From an uncultured Elusimicrobia bacterium (lineage in GTDB: Bacteria; Elusimicrobiota; Elusimicrobia; Elusimicrobiales; UBA9959), in assembly GCA_903917735.1 (NCBI GenBank), contig CAIXBR010000025.1:9761-73760 (forward strand): a stretch of 64,000 nt of DNA, in the 5' to 3' direction. This document shows positions 23,369-33,611 of the stretch, piece by piece. The notes below the pieces were generated by a model, which was given only the letters and a program-made list of their open reading frames with translations, had not been told where the DNA came from and did not search any database. Position 1 is the first letter of the stretch. Each line of letters starts with the position of its first letter. Made by a program: the position numbers and the translations under genes.

Positions 23369-26176
23369 CTAACAGATCCCGGCTTTCTTGATAGCCAGGT
23401 GCTCCTTAAGGTAGGTCCCGGTGTGCGAGTCGCGGACCTTCAGCACGTCGCAGACCGGCCCGGAGAAGACCAGTTTCCCTCCGGCGTCCCCGCCTTCCGG
23501 GCCCAGCTCTATCAGCCAGTCGGAGGCCGCTATCACGTCCAAGTTGTGCTCTATCACCAGCACGGTATTCCCGGCGTCCGCCAAGCGGTGCAGCACTTTG
23601 AGGAGTTTTTCCACGTCGGCGAAATGCAGCCCCGTGGTGGGTTCGTCCAGAATGTATAGCGTGCGGCCGGTGGCGCGCTTAGCCAGCTGTTCCGCAAGTT
23701 TCAGGCGCTGGGCCTCACCGCCGGACAGCGTGGTGGCGCTCTGGCCAAGCTTCAGATAGTCCAACCCCACCTCGCTCATGGTGGAGAGGATCTTCGCTAT
23801 GCGCGGGATCTCGGAGAACAGGCCCCGCGCTTCTTCCACGGAAAGGTCAAGCACGTCGGCGATGCTTTTCCCCTTGAAGCGCACCGCCAGCGTGTCGTCG
23901 TTGAACCTGTGGCCGCCGCACTCGTCGCACTTCACGTAGACGTCGGGCAGGAACTGCATCTGTATCTTTATGGTGCCGTCGCCCTGGCAGGCTTCGCAGC
24001 GCCCGCCTTTCACGTTGAACGAGAAGCGGCCCGGCTCATAGCCGCGGCGCTTGGCCTCGGGCAGCGCCGCGAACAGGTCGCGTATGTGGTTGAAGACGCC
24101 GCTGTAGGTGGAGGGGTTGGAACGCGGAGTGCGCCCTATCGGCGACTGGTCCACTATGATGACCTTGTCTATCAGGTCAAGGCCCTTCATGGACTTGAAT
24201 ACCCCGGGGGCCTCTTTTGAGCCGTAGAGCTCTTTGGCGAGCGCCTTATACACTATCTCATAAAGAAGGGTCGATTTGCCCGAACCCGAGACGCCGCAGA
24301 TGCTGACGAACAGCCCCAGCGGGATCTTCACGTCGATGTCCTTCAGGTTGAACTGCCGCGCCCCGGTGAATTCCAGGAATTTCCCGGAATGCCTGCGCGG
24401 CTCGCGCTTTACCGTGGTGGAGAGCGCGCCGATGAGGAAAGGCCCGGTCACCGACTTTTTATCCTTGATTATCTGGGAGGGGGTGCCCTGCGACACCACG
24501 TAGCCGCCGGCAAGGCCCGCGCCCGGTCCGAGGTCTATTACATGGTCAGCGCCGCGTATAACCGCCTCGTCGTGCTCTACAACGATCAGGGTGTTGCCGA
24601 TGTCGCGCAGGGATTTAAGGGTGTTTATCAGCTTGGCGTTGTCGCGCTGGTGCAGGCCTATGGTAGGCTCATCCAGCACGTAGAGCACGCCGGTCAGACC
24701 GGAGCCTATCTGTGTTGCCAGCTGTATGCGTTGGGCCTCGCCACCGGACAGGGTTTCGGAGCGGCGGTCGAGCGAAATATAGCCGAGGCCTACGTTGGTC
24801 AGGAAGGTGAGGCGGGAATTTATTTCCTTAAGTATCAGGCGGGCTATCGCGCGCTCTTTCTCGCTAAGGTCCACTGAGGCCATGAAGTTTTTTGTGGCGG
24901 CTATATGGAGTTCTGACACCTGGGCGATGTTCCTGCCGCCCACCAGCACGCTAAGCCCCTCGGGCTTAAGCCGCAGGCCTTTGCAGGACGGGCAGACCGT
25001 TTCGCGCATGAACTTTGTATAGATCTCTTCTTTTACGAATTCAGATTCGCTCTCCGCGTGGCGGCGCTTCAGATTGGTGATCACGCCTTCGAACTCACCG
25101 GCGCCGCTCAGGAGGATATCCCGGTGCGCTTTCGGCAGGTCTTTCCAGGGCTTGTCCAGGTCGATCCCGTTTACGTCCGCGGCGGCGTTAAGCATTTCTG
25201 CGTAATAGCCGGACCAGGAGCCCTTCCACCGGTGGGTGCGCGTGGTCACCGGGTTGGCCCAGGCTTCAAGCGCACCGCCGTTGACGGACTTGCTCCTGTC
25301 CGGCACCACAAGGTCCGGGTCTATCTCTATCTTTATGCCGAGGCCGCCGCATTCATGGCAGGCGCCATGGGGGGTGTTGAAAGAGAAAAGCCTGGGCTCC
25401 AGTTCCGGGAAGCTGATGCCGCAGGAAGGACAGGCGTTCTTCTCGCTATAAAGCGAGGCCTCCCCGCCGGCTTCGGCGCTCAGGAGGCCCTTGGACTGGG
25501 CCAGGGCCAGCTCTACGGCCTCGCTCAGGCGCTCCCTGTCTCCGGCCGCTACGGTGAACTCGTCCACGAAAAGGTCGATGTCGTGTTTGATATAGCGTCC
25601 CAGCGCCGGCGGGGTTTCAAGAGCGAACACCTTGCCGTCGGCGCGCGCCCTGGTGAAGCCGCCCTTGCGCAGGCGGGCAAAAAGCTCCTCGTATGTGCCG
25701 CTGCGGCCTCGTACCAGGGGAGAGAAAATGCGGGTCTTTTTGCCGCCGTATTTGGCCAGTATCTCGGCGGTTATCCCCTGGGCCGACCAGGCTTTTATGG
25801 GCTTATGGCAGGACGGGCAATAGGGCCGTCCCGCCTTGGCGAACAGCAACCGCAGGTAGTCGTAGATCTCGGTGACGGTGCCCACTGTCGAGCGCGGGTT
25901 CTTAGAGGGGGAATGCTGCTGTATGGCTATGGCGGGAGAGAGCCCCTCTATGGAGTCCACATCGGGCTTATCCATCTGCTCCAGGAACTGCCGGGCGTAG
26001 GCCGAAAGGGATTCCACATAGCGCCGCTGGCCCTCGGCATAAATAGTATCGAAGGCCAGGGTGGACTTACCCGAGCCGGAAAGCCCGGTTATAACCACCA
26101 GTTTATTCTTGGGTATTTCCAGACTGATGTTCTTGAGATTATGCGAGCGGGCGCCGCTGATAATGATTTTATCCAT
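23369..26176 (-). CDS. uvrA: Excinuclease ABC subunit A
   Basis: ORF 23369..26203. Start at ATG 26176 ([19 protein letters not shown]). Two ABC modules ([23 protein letters not shown]; [13 protein letters not shown]), LSGGEAQR signatures twice, and zinc-finger CxxC pairs. Confidence 0.95.
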   Translation of the reverse strand: MDKIIISGARSHNLKNISLEIPKNKLVVITGLSGSGKSTLAFDTIYAEGQRRYVESLSAYARQFLEQMDKPDVDSIEGLSPAIAIQQHSPSKNPRSTVGTVTEIYDYLRLLFAKAGRPYCPSCHKPIKAWSAQGITAEILAKYGGKKTRIFSPLVRGRSGTYEELFARLRKGGFTRARADGKVFALETPPALGRYIKHDIDLFVDEFTVAAGDRERLSEAVELALAQSKGLLSAEAGGEASLYSEKNACPSCGISFPELEPRLFSFNTPHGACHECGGLGIKIEIDPDLVVPDRSKSVNGGALEAWANPVTTRTHRWKGSWSGYYAEMLNAAADVNGIDLDKPWKDLPKAHRDILLSGAGEFEGVITNLKRRHAESESEFVKEEIYTKFMRETVCPSCKGLRLKPEGLSVLVGGRNIAQVSELHIAATKNFMASVDLSEKERAIARLILKEINSRLTFLTNVGLGYISLDRRSETLSGGEAQRIQLATQIGSGLTGVLYVLDEPTIGLHQRDNAKLINTLKSLRDIGNTLIVVEHDEAVIRGADHVIDLGPGAGLAGGYVVSQGTPSQIIKDKKSVTGPFLIGALSTTVKREPRRHSGKFLEFTGARQFNLKDIDVKIPLGLFVSICGVSGSGKSTLLYEIVYKALAKELYGSKEAPGVFKSMKGLDLIDKVIIVDQSPIGRTPRSNPSTYSGVFNHIRDLFAALPEAKRRGYEPGRFSFNVKGGRCEACQGDGTIKIQMQFLPDVYVKCDECGGHRFNDDTLAVRFKGKSIADVLDLSVEEARGLFSEIPRIAKILSTMSEVGLDYLKLGQSATTLSGGEAQRLKLAEQLAKRATGRTLYILDEPTTGLHFADVEKLLKVLHRLADAGNTVLVIEHNLDVIAASDWLIELGPEGGDAGGKLVFSGPVCDVLKVRDSHTGTYLKEHLAIKKAGIC

Positions 26177-26220
26177 AAAGTTCAAAGGCGGCTCTGTCCT
26201 CACCGCAGAAAGCTTACATG

Positions 26221-27819
26221 CTACTTTCCCCGGTACCGGTCGACTACCGTCGGCTTAAGGAATTTGTCAGAGGTCTCAGGGTAATCCACTGTGTAGTGCA
26301 GGCCGCGGCTTTCCTTCCTTTTGCGCGCAGAACGTATTATCACGCCCGCAAGGCAGGCGATGTTGCGCAACTCCAACAGGTCGCGGGTGGGCAGAAAGTC
26401 CCAATAGTACCTGACTATCTCCTCGGAAATTATTTTCACGCGCGCGCTGGCGCGGGCCAGGCGCTTATCGCTGCGCACTATCCCCACGTAGTTCCACATA
26501 AGCGTGCGGATCTCGTCCCAGTTGTGCTTTATTATCACTGCTTCGTCGGAGGGGCGGGCGTTGCCGGTGGTCCAGTGCACGGGCCTGGCCGCGGGCCCGC
26601 GGCCGATATCCCCGCCTTTTATGGTTTCGGCGGCCCGATGGGCGAAGACGCAGGCCTCCAGCAGCGAGTTGGAGGCCAGGCGGTTGGCGCCGTGAAGTCC
26701 AGTGTGAGAGACTTCCCCTATGGCGTACAGGCCGGGCATCGCGGTACGCCCGTATTCGTCCACCTTCACGCCGCCGCAGAAGAAATGCGCGGCAGGCACC
26801 ACCGGGATCGGCTTCTTTGTTATGTCTATGCCCAGGCCCAGGCATTTGGCGTAGATATTGGGAAAGCGCTTTTTAAGGAAAGCAGCTTTCAAATGGGTCA
26901 TGTCCAGGTAAACGCATTCGGCGCCGGTGCGCTTCAGCTCCGAGTCTATGGCCCTGGCCACTATATCGCGCGGGGCCAGTTCCTGGTAGCGCGAGTAATT
27001 TTTCATGAAGGCGCCGCCGTCCGCGCCGCGCAGGATACCGCCTTCGCCGCGCAGAGCCTCGGAAATAAGAAAGGACTTCTCCTGCGGGTGGTACAGGCAG
27101 GTGGGATGTAACTGGACGAATTCCATGTTGGCGAGCTCAAGCCCCGCCCGATAGGCCATCGCCATCCCGTCCCCGGTGGCTACGTCGGGGTTGGTGGTAT
27201 AGCGGTATACCTTGCCGGCCCCGCCCGAGGCCAGCACGGTGCTGCCCGCCAGAAAACTGTGGACCCTGCCGGTTTTATCCTCAAGCGCGTAAACGCCAAG
27301 ACAGATGTTGCGCGCGGGGCGCACCCTGACGGGGCGGTTCCTGAGTATCAGGTCTACCGCCGAGTAATAGGGGAAGAACGTTATGTTCCTGTCGGCTTTG
27401 CAGGCTTCAAGCAGCGCCCGCTCTATTTCGCGGCCGGTGGCATCCGCGGCGTGCAGTATGCGGCGGCGGGAGTGGCCGCCCTCGAGCCCCAGCTCGAACA
27501 CGCCGTTCCTGACGGTGAAGTTCGCTCCGAGGGCCACCAGTTCCTCTATGCGGGGGGGGGCCTCGGTTATAGTCAGGTCCACTATATGCCTGTCGCAGAG
27601 GCCGGCGCCGGTGCGCAGCGTGTCGGCTATGTGAAGTTCGAAGTTGTCGTCGGCGGCGGTTACGGCGGCTATGCCGCCCTGCGCCAGATTGCTGTTGGAA
27701 ATTTCAGGGGAACGCTTGGTCAGGACGGCGACGGTGCCGGAGGCCGCCAGCTTGTGCGCGGCAAGAAGGCCGGCCGCCCCGCTGCCGATCACAAGAAAAT
27801 CGTGTTTATATATGGACAT
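26221..27819 (-). CDS. nadB: L-aspartate oxidase
   Basis: FAD dinucleotide fold [15 protein letters not shown], plus the flavoprotein motifs LAQGGIAA and [17 protein letters not shown]. 532 aa, typical for NadB. Confidence 0.93.
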   Translation of the reverse strand: MSIYKHDFLVIGSGAAGLLAAHKLAASGTVAVLTKRSPEISNSNLAQGGIAAVTAADDNFELHIADTLRTGAGLCDRHIVDLTITEAPPRIEELVALGANFTVRNGVFELGLEGGHSRRRILHAADATGREIERALLEACKADRNITFFPYYSAVDLILRNRPVRVRPARNICLGVYALEDKTGRVHSFLAGSTVLASGGAGKVYRYTTNPDVATGDGMAMAYRAGLELANMEFVQLHPTCLYHPQEKSFLISEALRGEGGILRGADGGAFMKNYSRYQELAPRDIVARAIDSELKRTGAECVYLDMTHLKAAFLKKRFPNIYAKCLGLGIDITKKPIPVVPAAHFFCGGVKVDEYGRTAMPGLYAIGEVSHTGLHGANRLASNSLLEACVFAHRAAETIKGGDIGRGPAARPVHWTTGNARPSDEAVIIKHNWDEIRTLMWNYVGIVRSDKRLARASARVKIISEEIVRYYWDFLPTRDLLELRNIACLAGVIIRSARKRKESRGLHYTVDYPETSDKFLKPTVVDRYRGK

Positions 27820-27947
27820 TTCGCTTTTCTTCGCCGTCGGAAAGATTTACAATAACATATGTACGCGGACTGCGGTCGCAATATCGCTGAGGACACGAGT
27901 TTGTGCGGTGCGGCACAGTACAATTACCGCAATATATTTTAACAAAT

Positions 27948-29048
27948 ATGACAAGGAAGCAGGACTTCAAGAAAAAGCTGTTCATCTACACGCCCATCGC
28001 CGTGTCACTGTGCATACTCGGCGCCCTGGTTTATCCGAACCTGGACACCCTGCTGGCCACTGTAAAGACGGCCAAGCCGTTCTATCTGTTCTGTTCCCTT
28101 TTGTTTTCCTTTACCAGCTACCTTTTCATGGGGATGTCCCTCTGGGAAGTCCTTAAGATCCTGGGGCACCCGCTTCCTTTCTGGGAGGCTTCCGGGGTGT
28201 CTTTCGTCTCCACCACCGTAAATTATTTCGTCTCCTCGGGCGGGGTCAGCGGCTTCGCCACCAGGGCGCATCTGCTGAGCAAGCGCCATATTCCTTACGG
28301 CATAAGCGTGACCTCCTCGGTAGTCATCAGCGTTTTTATATATTTGGTCCTGGCTGTCATAATCGTGGAAGGCATGTTCCTGCAGATGCTGAAATCCAGC
28401 AACTACGGCATAAGCCTGTTCCAGGGCGTGGCAGGGGTGCTGTTCGTGCTCACTTTCGCCTTCCTCCTGATCCTGCTGTTCTTCCACCACGAACTGCGCT
28501 CCACCTGGTCGCGCAAACTTTACCACCTGGTCAACCGGATCCTGTTCGCCTTCTCGAAGACGCGGATACCGGAAGAGACGTTCCTGCAGTTCGAAGCTCA
28601 GCTCTCCAGCGGCATACAGACCATTCAGGCGCGCAGGTACGAACTGCCAATGGTGCTGGCCTACGTCTGCCTGGACTGGGTCAGCAATATATTAATACTC
28701 CATTACGCTTTCAGGGCGGTCGGCGCGCATATGCACACCAGCACCTTGGTGATAGGCTTCGCGCTGGGCCAGATAATGACCGTGATCCCTATACTCCCGG
28801 GCGGCCTTGGCGCCATGGAAGCAGCTATGACGGCGGCGTATTCGGGCATGGGCATACCGGTGGGCATGGCCCTTACCGCCAGCCTCGTGTTCAGGCTTTT
28901 TTATTATCTGATCCCTGCCTTCGGCAGCATCTTTATTTACTGGGGCCTGCGCATGTCCGAGCCCCGCTATGATTTTTCCGGACGGTCCCACCGCCGCAAG
29001 AAGCAGGGAGAACAGCATGATAGAGAAATTCCAGAACAGCTCCCCTGA
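27948..29048 (+). CDS. Flippase-like polytopic membrane protein (UPF0104 / MprF transmembrane-domain family)
   Basis: ORF 27903..29048 trimmed to ATG 27948. About 8 TM helices. The overall pattern (basic N-terminus, RAHLLSKRHIPYG loop, PGGLGAMEAAM near the C-terminus) is typical of the LPG_synthase_TM family. Confidence 0.6.
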   Translation: MTRKQDFKKKLFIYTPIAVSLCILGALVYPNLDTLLATVKTAKPFYLFCSLLFSFTSYLFMGMSLWEVLKILGHPLPFWEASGVSFVSTTVNYFVSSGGVSGFATRAHLLSKRHIPYGISVTSSVVISVFIYLVLAVIIVEGMFLQMLKSSNYGISLFQGVAGVLFVLTFAFLLILLFFHHELRSTWSRKLYHLVNRILFAFSKTRIPEETFLQFEAQLSSGIQTIQARRYELPMVLAYVCLDWVSNILILHYAFRAVGAHMHTSTLVIGFALGQIMTVIPILPGGLGAMEAAMTAAYSGMGIPVGMALTASLVFRLFYYLIPAFGSIFIYWGLRMSEPRYDFSGRSHRRKKQGEQHDREIPEQLP

Positions 29049-29529
29049 GCTGGCCCCGACTGCCTGGGTCCACGGCTCCGCCTGCCTGATGGGGCGGGTG
29101 AAGCTTGGCGAGGACGTGTCGGTATGGCCGGGCGCTGTCCTCAGAGGTGACGTGGACAGGGTAGAAGTGGGCCGCGGCTCCAACATACAGGACCTGGCTG
29201 TGCTGCACCCTAACCGCGACAAGCCCGTGCTTATAGGAGAAGGCGTTACGGTTGGCCACTCCGCCATAATACACGGCTCCGTAGTCGGGGACCATTGCCT
29301 GGTCGGCATGGGAGCCGTGGTGATGGACTGCGAGATAGGGAAATACTGCATTATCGCCGCGGGGGCTGTAATAACCCCGGGCTCCACGATCCCCGATAGG
29401 AGCATGGTAATGGGCGCGCCCGGCAAGGTGAAGCGTCCCCTGACCGAAGAGGAATGCGGCGTGCTGGTCAAGTCGGAAAAGGATTACATCATGCTCGCAG
29501 GATACTATCGGCAGGGAGGGGGAAAATGA
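29017..29529 (+). CDS. Gamma-carbonic-anhydrase-like / left-handed beta-helix (hexapeptide repeat) protein
   Basis: Start at ATG 29017 (MIEKFQNSSPEL). WVHGSACLMGRVKLGEDVSVWPGAVLRGDVDRVEVGRGSNIQDLAVLH and GHSAIIHG match the YrdA/PaaY family. It overlaps the upstream gene by 32 nt. Confidence 0.8.
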   Translation: MIEKFQNSSPELAPTAWVHGSACLMGRVKLGEDVSVWPGAVLRGDVDRVEVGRGSNIQDLAVLHPNRDKPVLIGEGVTVGHSAIIHGSVVGDHCLVGMGAVVMDCEIGKYCIIAAGAVITPGSTIPDRSMVMGAPGKVKRPLTEEECGVLVKSEKDYIMLAGYYRQGGGK

Positions 29530-29900
29530 GCGGCCGCAGGATAGTAATGATAGAGGACAGCAAGGCAGCCTCCGCCGTGCTCAAGGAAGTGCTGGAGGCT
29601 GAAGGGCACACGGTCCTGCACGCGGCCGACGGGGTAAGTGGTCTTGCGCTGGCCCGCCGCGAGAAGCCCGACCTGATACTGCTGGACCTGCTGCTGCCGA
29701 AGCTGAACGGCTACGACGTGTGCAACGCGCTGATGCGCGATAATCTCACCCGCCATACTCCGATATTGATAATTTCCACGCTGGACACCCCGGAAAGCAT
29801 TGAAAAGGCCAAGCTATGCGGCGCGCGCAATTTCATGAAAAAGCCCTACAACCTGGAAGACCTGCTCCGGGAAATAAAGCGGCTTCTTCCTCAAACATAA
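29526..29900 (+). CDS. Stand-alone response-regulator receiver (CheY-like) protein
   Basis: The ATG at 29526 overlaps the upstream TGA (ATGA). REC hallmarks: acidic pocket IVMIEDS, phospho-acceptor LILLDLLLP, ILIISTL, and Lys in FMKKP. Confidence 0.85.
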   Translation: MSGRRIVMIEDSKAASAVLKEVLEAEGHTVLHAADGVSGLALARREKPDLILLDLLLPKLNGYDVCNALMRDNLTRHTPILIISTLDTPESIEKAKLCGARNFMKKPYNLEDLLREIKRLLPQT

Positions 29901-29920
29901 GGGATATTTATTCCCGCCTG

Positions 29921-30598
29921 ATGAAGGCCTTCGGCCCGCAGGGCTGGTGGCCTGTCACGCCTTCAGGCGGGACTGTCCCGGCATATACCTCCGGGGTTTA
30001 CGGGCAGCGCTGCGGCCGGGACATTTTCGAGATCTGCGCCGGAGCCATCCTGACGCAGAATACGGCCTGGAAGAACGTAGAGAAAGCGCTAGAGGGACTT
30101 AACGGGGCGGGACTCCTGTCGCCGGGAAAGCTGGCCGCCTGCCCGCTGCCGCGGCTGGAAAAGGCGATACGAAGCAGCGGTTATTATAAGAAGAAAGCCC
30201 GCCGCCTTAAAGATTTCTGCCGCAGGGCACTGAGGGAGCACCCTGAAGGCTTTCAGAAGTGGTTCGGCGCGGCTGGAACCGGGGACCTACGCGCGGAACT
30301 CCTGTCGTACAATGGCGTCGGAGCGGAAACGGCGGACTGCATGGTCCTGTACGCGGCAGGGAAGGCCTCTTTCGTGATAGACGCTTATACACGGAGAATA
30401 GGGGAAAGGGCGGGGCTCGGGCAAGGGCTTTCTTATGAGGGCTGGAAGGAGGAATTCGAGAGCGGGCTGCCGTCCGACGTAAAAATGTATAATGAGTATC
30501 ACGCCCTGCTGGTAAGACTTGGGAAGGATTTTTGCGGAAAAACCGCGCCCCTGTGCGGCAACTGCCCGGTAAACCCGGTTTGCGGAAAAAGAATATGA
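29921..30598 (+). CDS. Endonuclease III-family HhH-GPD protein with Fe-S cluster loop
   Basis: HhH LLSYNGVGAETADCMVLY, catalytic-region VIDAYTRR, and a C-terminal C-x6-C-x2-C-x5-C (CGKTAPLCGNCPVNPVC). The first ATG is 29921; a non-ATG start a few codons upstream is possible. Confidence 0.75.
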   Translation: MKAFGPQGWWPVTPSGGTVPAYTSGVYGQRCGRDIFEICAGAILTQNTAWKNVEKALEGLNGAGLLSPGKLAACPLPRLEKAIRSSGYYKKKARRLKDFCRRALREHPEGFQKWFGAAGTGDLRAELLSYNGVGAETADCMVLYAAGKASFVIDAYTRRIGERAGLGQGLSYEGWKEEFESGLPSDVKMYNEYHALLVRLGKDFCGKTAPLCGNCPVNPVCGKRI

Positions 30599-31653
30599 AA
30601 AACATTGAACAGATAGGAAATTTCTTGGACAATGGCGAATTCGCCAGGGCCCTGGCCGCGCTTGGCGGGAAGCTGCCCAAAACGGGAAAAGGGCGCTGGC
30701 TTTTGCTTAAGGGCGAAGCGCTGCGCGGGCTGGGGCTTTTCGGCGCGGCTATACGGGAGTATTGCGCCGCTCGCGCCGCGGCGAAGGGAGATAAGGAACT
30801 GGAGCTGGAGGCCCTTCTGAGCGAAGCCCGCTGCAACAGAGCGCTAGGCAACGAGGATACCGCCGTCGGGACCGCTAAAAAAGCTTTGGCGCTTTCAAAG
30901 GAACTGGATATTTACCTTGTGGAGGCTTCTCTTGAGTGGGCGCTTGCCCTGCGGCTGGTGGGCAGGCTGCCTGAGGCCGCTAAGCTGTTGGAGGGTCTGC
31001 TGAAGGCCTACAGGAAAGCCGGCGACCTGGCCGGCGCGGCTTTCGCTCTTTGGGCGCTGGGAGGCCTTTACCGGCTGCAGGGCCGCTACGCCGAGGGGAT
31101 AAACGCTTTTGAAGAGTCACTGAAAGCCGCCAGGAAAGACAAGGACGGGGCTGCTGAGGGCTACGCCCTGTTCGGCCTGGGCGGTATCCTGCGGGTGGCG
31201 GGTTTCATGGGCCGCGCGCTGGACTGCTATGTGCGGGCGCGCAGATCATTCGCCAGGACCGACGACGCTTTCGCCAAGGCCTACGCCGAATGCGGCACCT
31301 CCAACGTGCTGCGCCAGCTTGGCCGCCTTGAGGAGGCCTACGCCGGTTATACCCGCGCGCACAAACTTTACTCCGGTCTCTCCGACTGGGCGGACCTGGG
31401 TTTCGTGGAGTGGGGGATGGGCGAAATAAAAAAGAAGAACGGGAATTTCACCGAAGCGCTGAACCATTACCGCAAAGCCGCCGGCCTCTTCAAAGGCCGC
31501 TCCGAGCCGCGCGGCGAGGCCCTGACCCTGCTTTCGCTGGCCGCCCTCTATTACCTGATGGGCGAAACCGCCAAAGCCGAGCGCCAGCACGACACCGCCC
31601 TAAAATTCATCCGCTCCCAAGGTTTGCACACCCACCTTGAAACCTTCACCTGA
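30595..31653 (+). CDS. TPR-repeat protein (cytoplasmic)
   Basis: The ATG at 30595 overlaps the upstream stop (ATGA). About 8 TPR-like hairpins (AAFALWALGGLYRLQGRYAEGINAFEESL, GYALFGLGGILRVAGFMGRALDCYVRA, etc.). Confidence 0.7.
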   Translation: MKNIEQIGNFLDNGEFARALAALGGKLPKTGKGRWLLLKGEALRGLGLFGAAIREYCAARAAAKGDKELELEALLSEARCNRALGNEDTAVGTAKKALALSKELDIYLVEASLEWALALRLVGRLPEAAKLLEGLLKAYRKAGDLAGAAFALWALGGLYRLQGRYAEGINAFEESLKAARKDKDGAAEGYALFGLGGILRVAGFMGRALDCYVRARRSFARTDDAFAKAYAECGTSNVLRQLGRLEEAYAGYTRAHKLYSGLSDWADLGFVEWGMGEIKKKNGNFTEALNHYRKAAGLFKGRSEPRGEALTLLSLAALYYLMGETAKAERQHDTALKFIRSQGLHTHLETFT

Positions 31654-31677
31654 TCAGCTCTTTTTAAAACCAGAGCG

Positions 31678-31706
31678 AACCGCCGGGAAACCGGCGGTTT
31701 TATTTG
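31678..31706 (+). terminator. Rho-independent terminator of the TPR operon (also the group II intron target)
   Basis: Stem AACC(C)GCCGG / CCGGCGGTT (9 bp, one bulged C), GAAA loop, then a TTTTATTT tail. It starts 24 nt after the stop codon. Confidence 0.7.
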
Positions 31707-32086
31707 TGTGCCCAGCATGAAACCAAGCTAGGAGGTGAAAGTCCTCCGAGGAGACAGGTCGCAGAAAACTCAAGCGAAACGCAAGGCGGTCAGCCGCGAG
31801 GCCGACGCTGAAAGAAGCGCGTAGCGAAAGTCCGAGCCGACGAACAGAAACTGGATAAGAGGCGCTGCCGACCGGGGCGAGCGGGCAAATGACCGCGAAG
31901 CCCCTGCGACCAAAGGGCGGCGGCGTAAATCCGGCGGTTGCGGATGGAAGGGTTGGTTTCTTACCTGGGGAGGTCTCGCCTTATGCCCGAAAGGGCGACC
32001 TGCGAAGCGGGGAGCGAGAAGTCAGCAGAGGCCGTAGTACCCGCGTAGGCGGGGAAGGGCCGAACAGAAGGAGAGCTAAACCTGAC

Positions 32087-33476
32087 ATGAACCTTGAAGA
32101 CACCGGGCGGCACAAGTCCATACAGATGGAGCTGCCGTTGCTGTACAGCGGTGAAACCGCTGGAAGGCGGCGGAGCGCCGAAGCGTTGACGGCGGTTTAT
32201 GACGAGGGTAGTTCAAGCGGCCACCGCCTGATGGAATGGGTGGTGGAGAACGGGAACATGGAGTGCGCGCAGAAGCGAGTGCGGCGCAACAGGGGCAGTC
32301 CGGGCATAGACGGGATGAACGTTGAGGAGTTGCCGGAGTATCTGGCTGCGGCGTGGGGGCAAATCCGGCTGGAGTTGTTGGCCGGGACCTACCAGCCCAA
32401 GTCGGTGAAACGGGTAGAAATCCCGAAACCGAACGGTGGGGTACGACAATTGGGTATCCCGACGGCGGTAGACCGGATGATACAGCAGATGGTGCTGAAC
32501 GTTCTGCAACCGGAGTTTGACCGGACATTCTCGGAGCACAGTTACGGTTTCCGGCCCGGACGGAGCGCGCAGCAGGCGGTGAAGGCGGCGCGGAGCTACA
32601 TTCAGGACGGGCGCGTGTGGGTGGTTGACGTTGACCTTGAGAAGTTCTTTGACAGGGTGAACCACGACATACTGATGAGCCGGCTGGCTAGGAGGATAAA
32701 GGATAAACGGGTGCTGGGGCTAATCCGCCGCTACCTTGAGGCCGGAGTAATGGCGCACGGGGTGGTGGCGGAGCGGTGGGAGGGCACGCCGCAGGGCGGG
32801 CCGTTGTAACCGCTGCTGGGCTAACGTGCTATTGGACGAGGTTGATAAAGAGCTGGAGAAGCGGGGCCACGCGTTTGTGCGCTACGCGGACGACGGGAAC
32901 GTATACGTTCGGTCGGAGGCGGCGGCGCTGGGCGTGATGGAAACGCTGAAGCGTTTATACGCGAAACTACGGCTGAAAATCAACGAGGCCAAGAGCGGGG
33001 TCAAGCGTGTGCGGGACAGTCAATACTTGGGCTACGGTATTTGGGTGACCAAGGGGATTGTCAGGCACTGCGTGAGCCGGAAAGCCCTGAAGGCGATGAA
33101 GGCGCGTGTGCGGCAGATAACGCAGCGCAAAGGCGGACGAAGTCTGGAAGAGATGGCGAAAGAGCTAAAGGCGTACCTGCCCGGCTGGAAGGAGTATTTC
33201 CAGTTGGCGGAGACCCCCGGCATATTCGCTGGATTGAACGGATGGATACGTCGCCGATTGAGGATGGTACGTCTGAAACAGTGGAAAAGAGGGAGGACGA
33301 TATACCGGGAACTGCGTGCTGCGGGCGTTTCACCCAAAGCCGCGGCCTCGGTGTCTGCCTGCCCGCGCCGCTGGTGGAGGATGGCCGGGACCTCGGCGCT
33401 TAACGTCGCAATGCCGAACAGCTGCTTCGCGAAACTTGGTGTTCCCCGGCTGGCGGAGGTAAATGCCGCTTTCTGA
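32087..33476 (+). pseudogene. Group II intron-encoded reverse transcriptase/maturase, disrupted (nonsense + frameshift)
   Basis: ATG 32087 with AAGGAG upstream. RT motifs are present: GSPGIDGMNVEEL, IPKPNGGVRQLGIPTAVDRMIQQ, YGFRPGRSAQQAV, VVDVDLEKFFDRVNHD, FVRYADDGNVYV. A maturase X-like region follows (GWKEYFQL...RRRLRMVRLKQWKR). The conserved GTPQGGPLSPLLANVLLD reads GTPQGGPL-TAA-PLL-G(+1 nt), so the frame is lost at 32807..32820. Confidence 0.8.
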
Positions 33477-33477
33477 A

Positions 33478-33508
33478 CCGCCGGATGCGGACCCGCATGT
33501 CCAGGTGG
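33478..33508 (+). other. Group II intron domain V (catalytic hairpin)
   Basis: Hand fold: lower helix CCGCC-GG / CC-(A)-GGTGG, 2-nt bulge GT on the 3' strand, upper helix ATGCG/CGCAT, tetraloop GACC. Triad positions 2-4 read CGC with a G.U wobble at the central G. This is the variant seen in class C introns such as the Oceanobacillus iheyensis intron. Confidence 0.6.
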
Positions 33509-33611
33509 TGTGGGAGGGGTTCGGCGGCACACTTGCCGCCGCCTCTATCCCGATTCCTGAATGAGCAAGATTTCTTGCAAAAACCGTGAGACTGTACTAT
33601 GCTACCGGCGT

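Larger units (their letters stand above)
31707..33548 (+). mobile_element. Group II intron, bacterial class C-like (3' boundary +/- 10 nt)
   Basis: The 5' end GTGTG is at 31707, 6 nt after the terminator stem. About 380 nt of structured, GC-rich non-coding RNA precede an RT/maturase ORF. Domain V lies directly after the ORF stop. The length (~1.84 kb) and the absence of an HNH endonuclease tail fit class C. The 3' end was chosen at ...CTAT (33548); ...CGAT (33554) is an alternative. Confidence 0.8.

Noticed and set aside
31889-32086. N-terminal extension of the intron ORF (MTAKPLRPKGGGVNP...)
   Set aside because: This stretch overlaps the structured domains I-IV of the group II intron RNA. 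A proper ATG with AAGGAG upstream occurs at 32087, so the extension is an open frame by chance.
32087-33476. Reverse transcriptase as a possible retron, DRT or other defence RT
   Set aside because: It is embedded in a bona fide group II intron: 5' GTGTG, domain V immediately after the stop, a maturase X-like region, and placement after a terminator. No associated effector genes are present.
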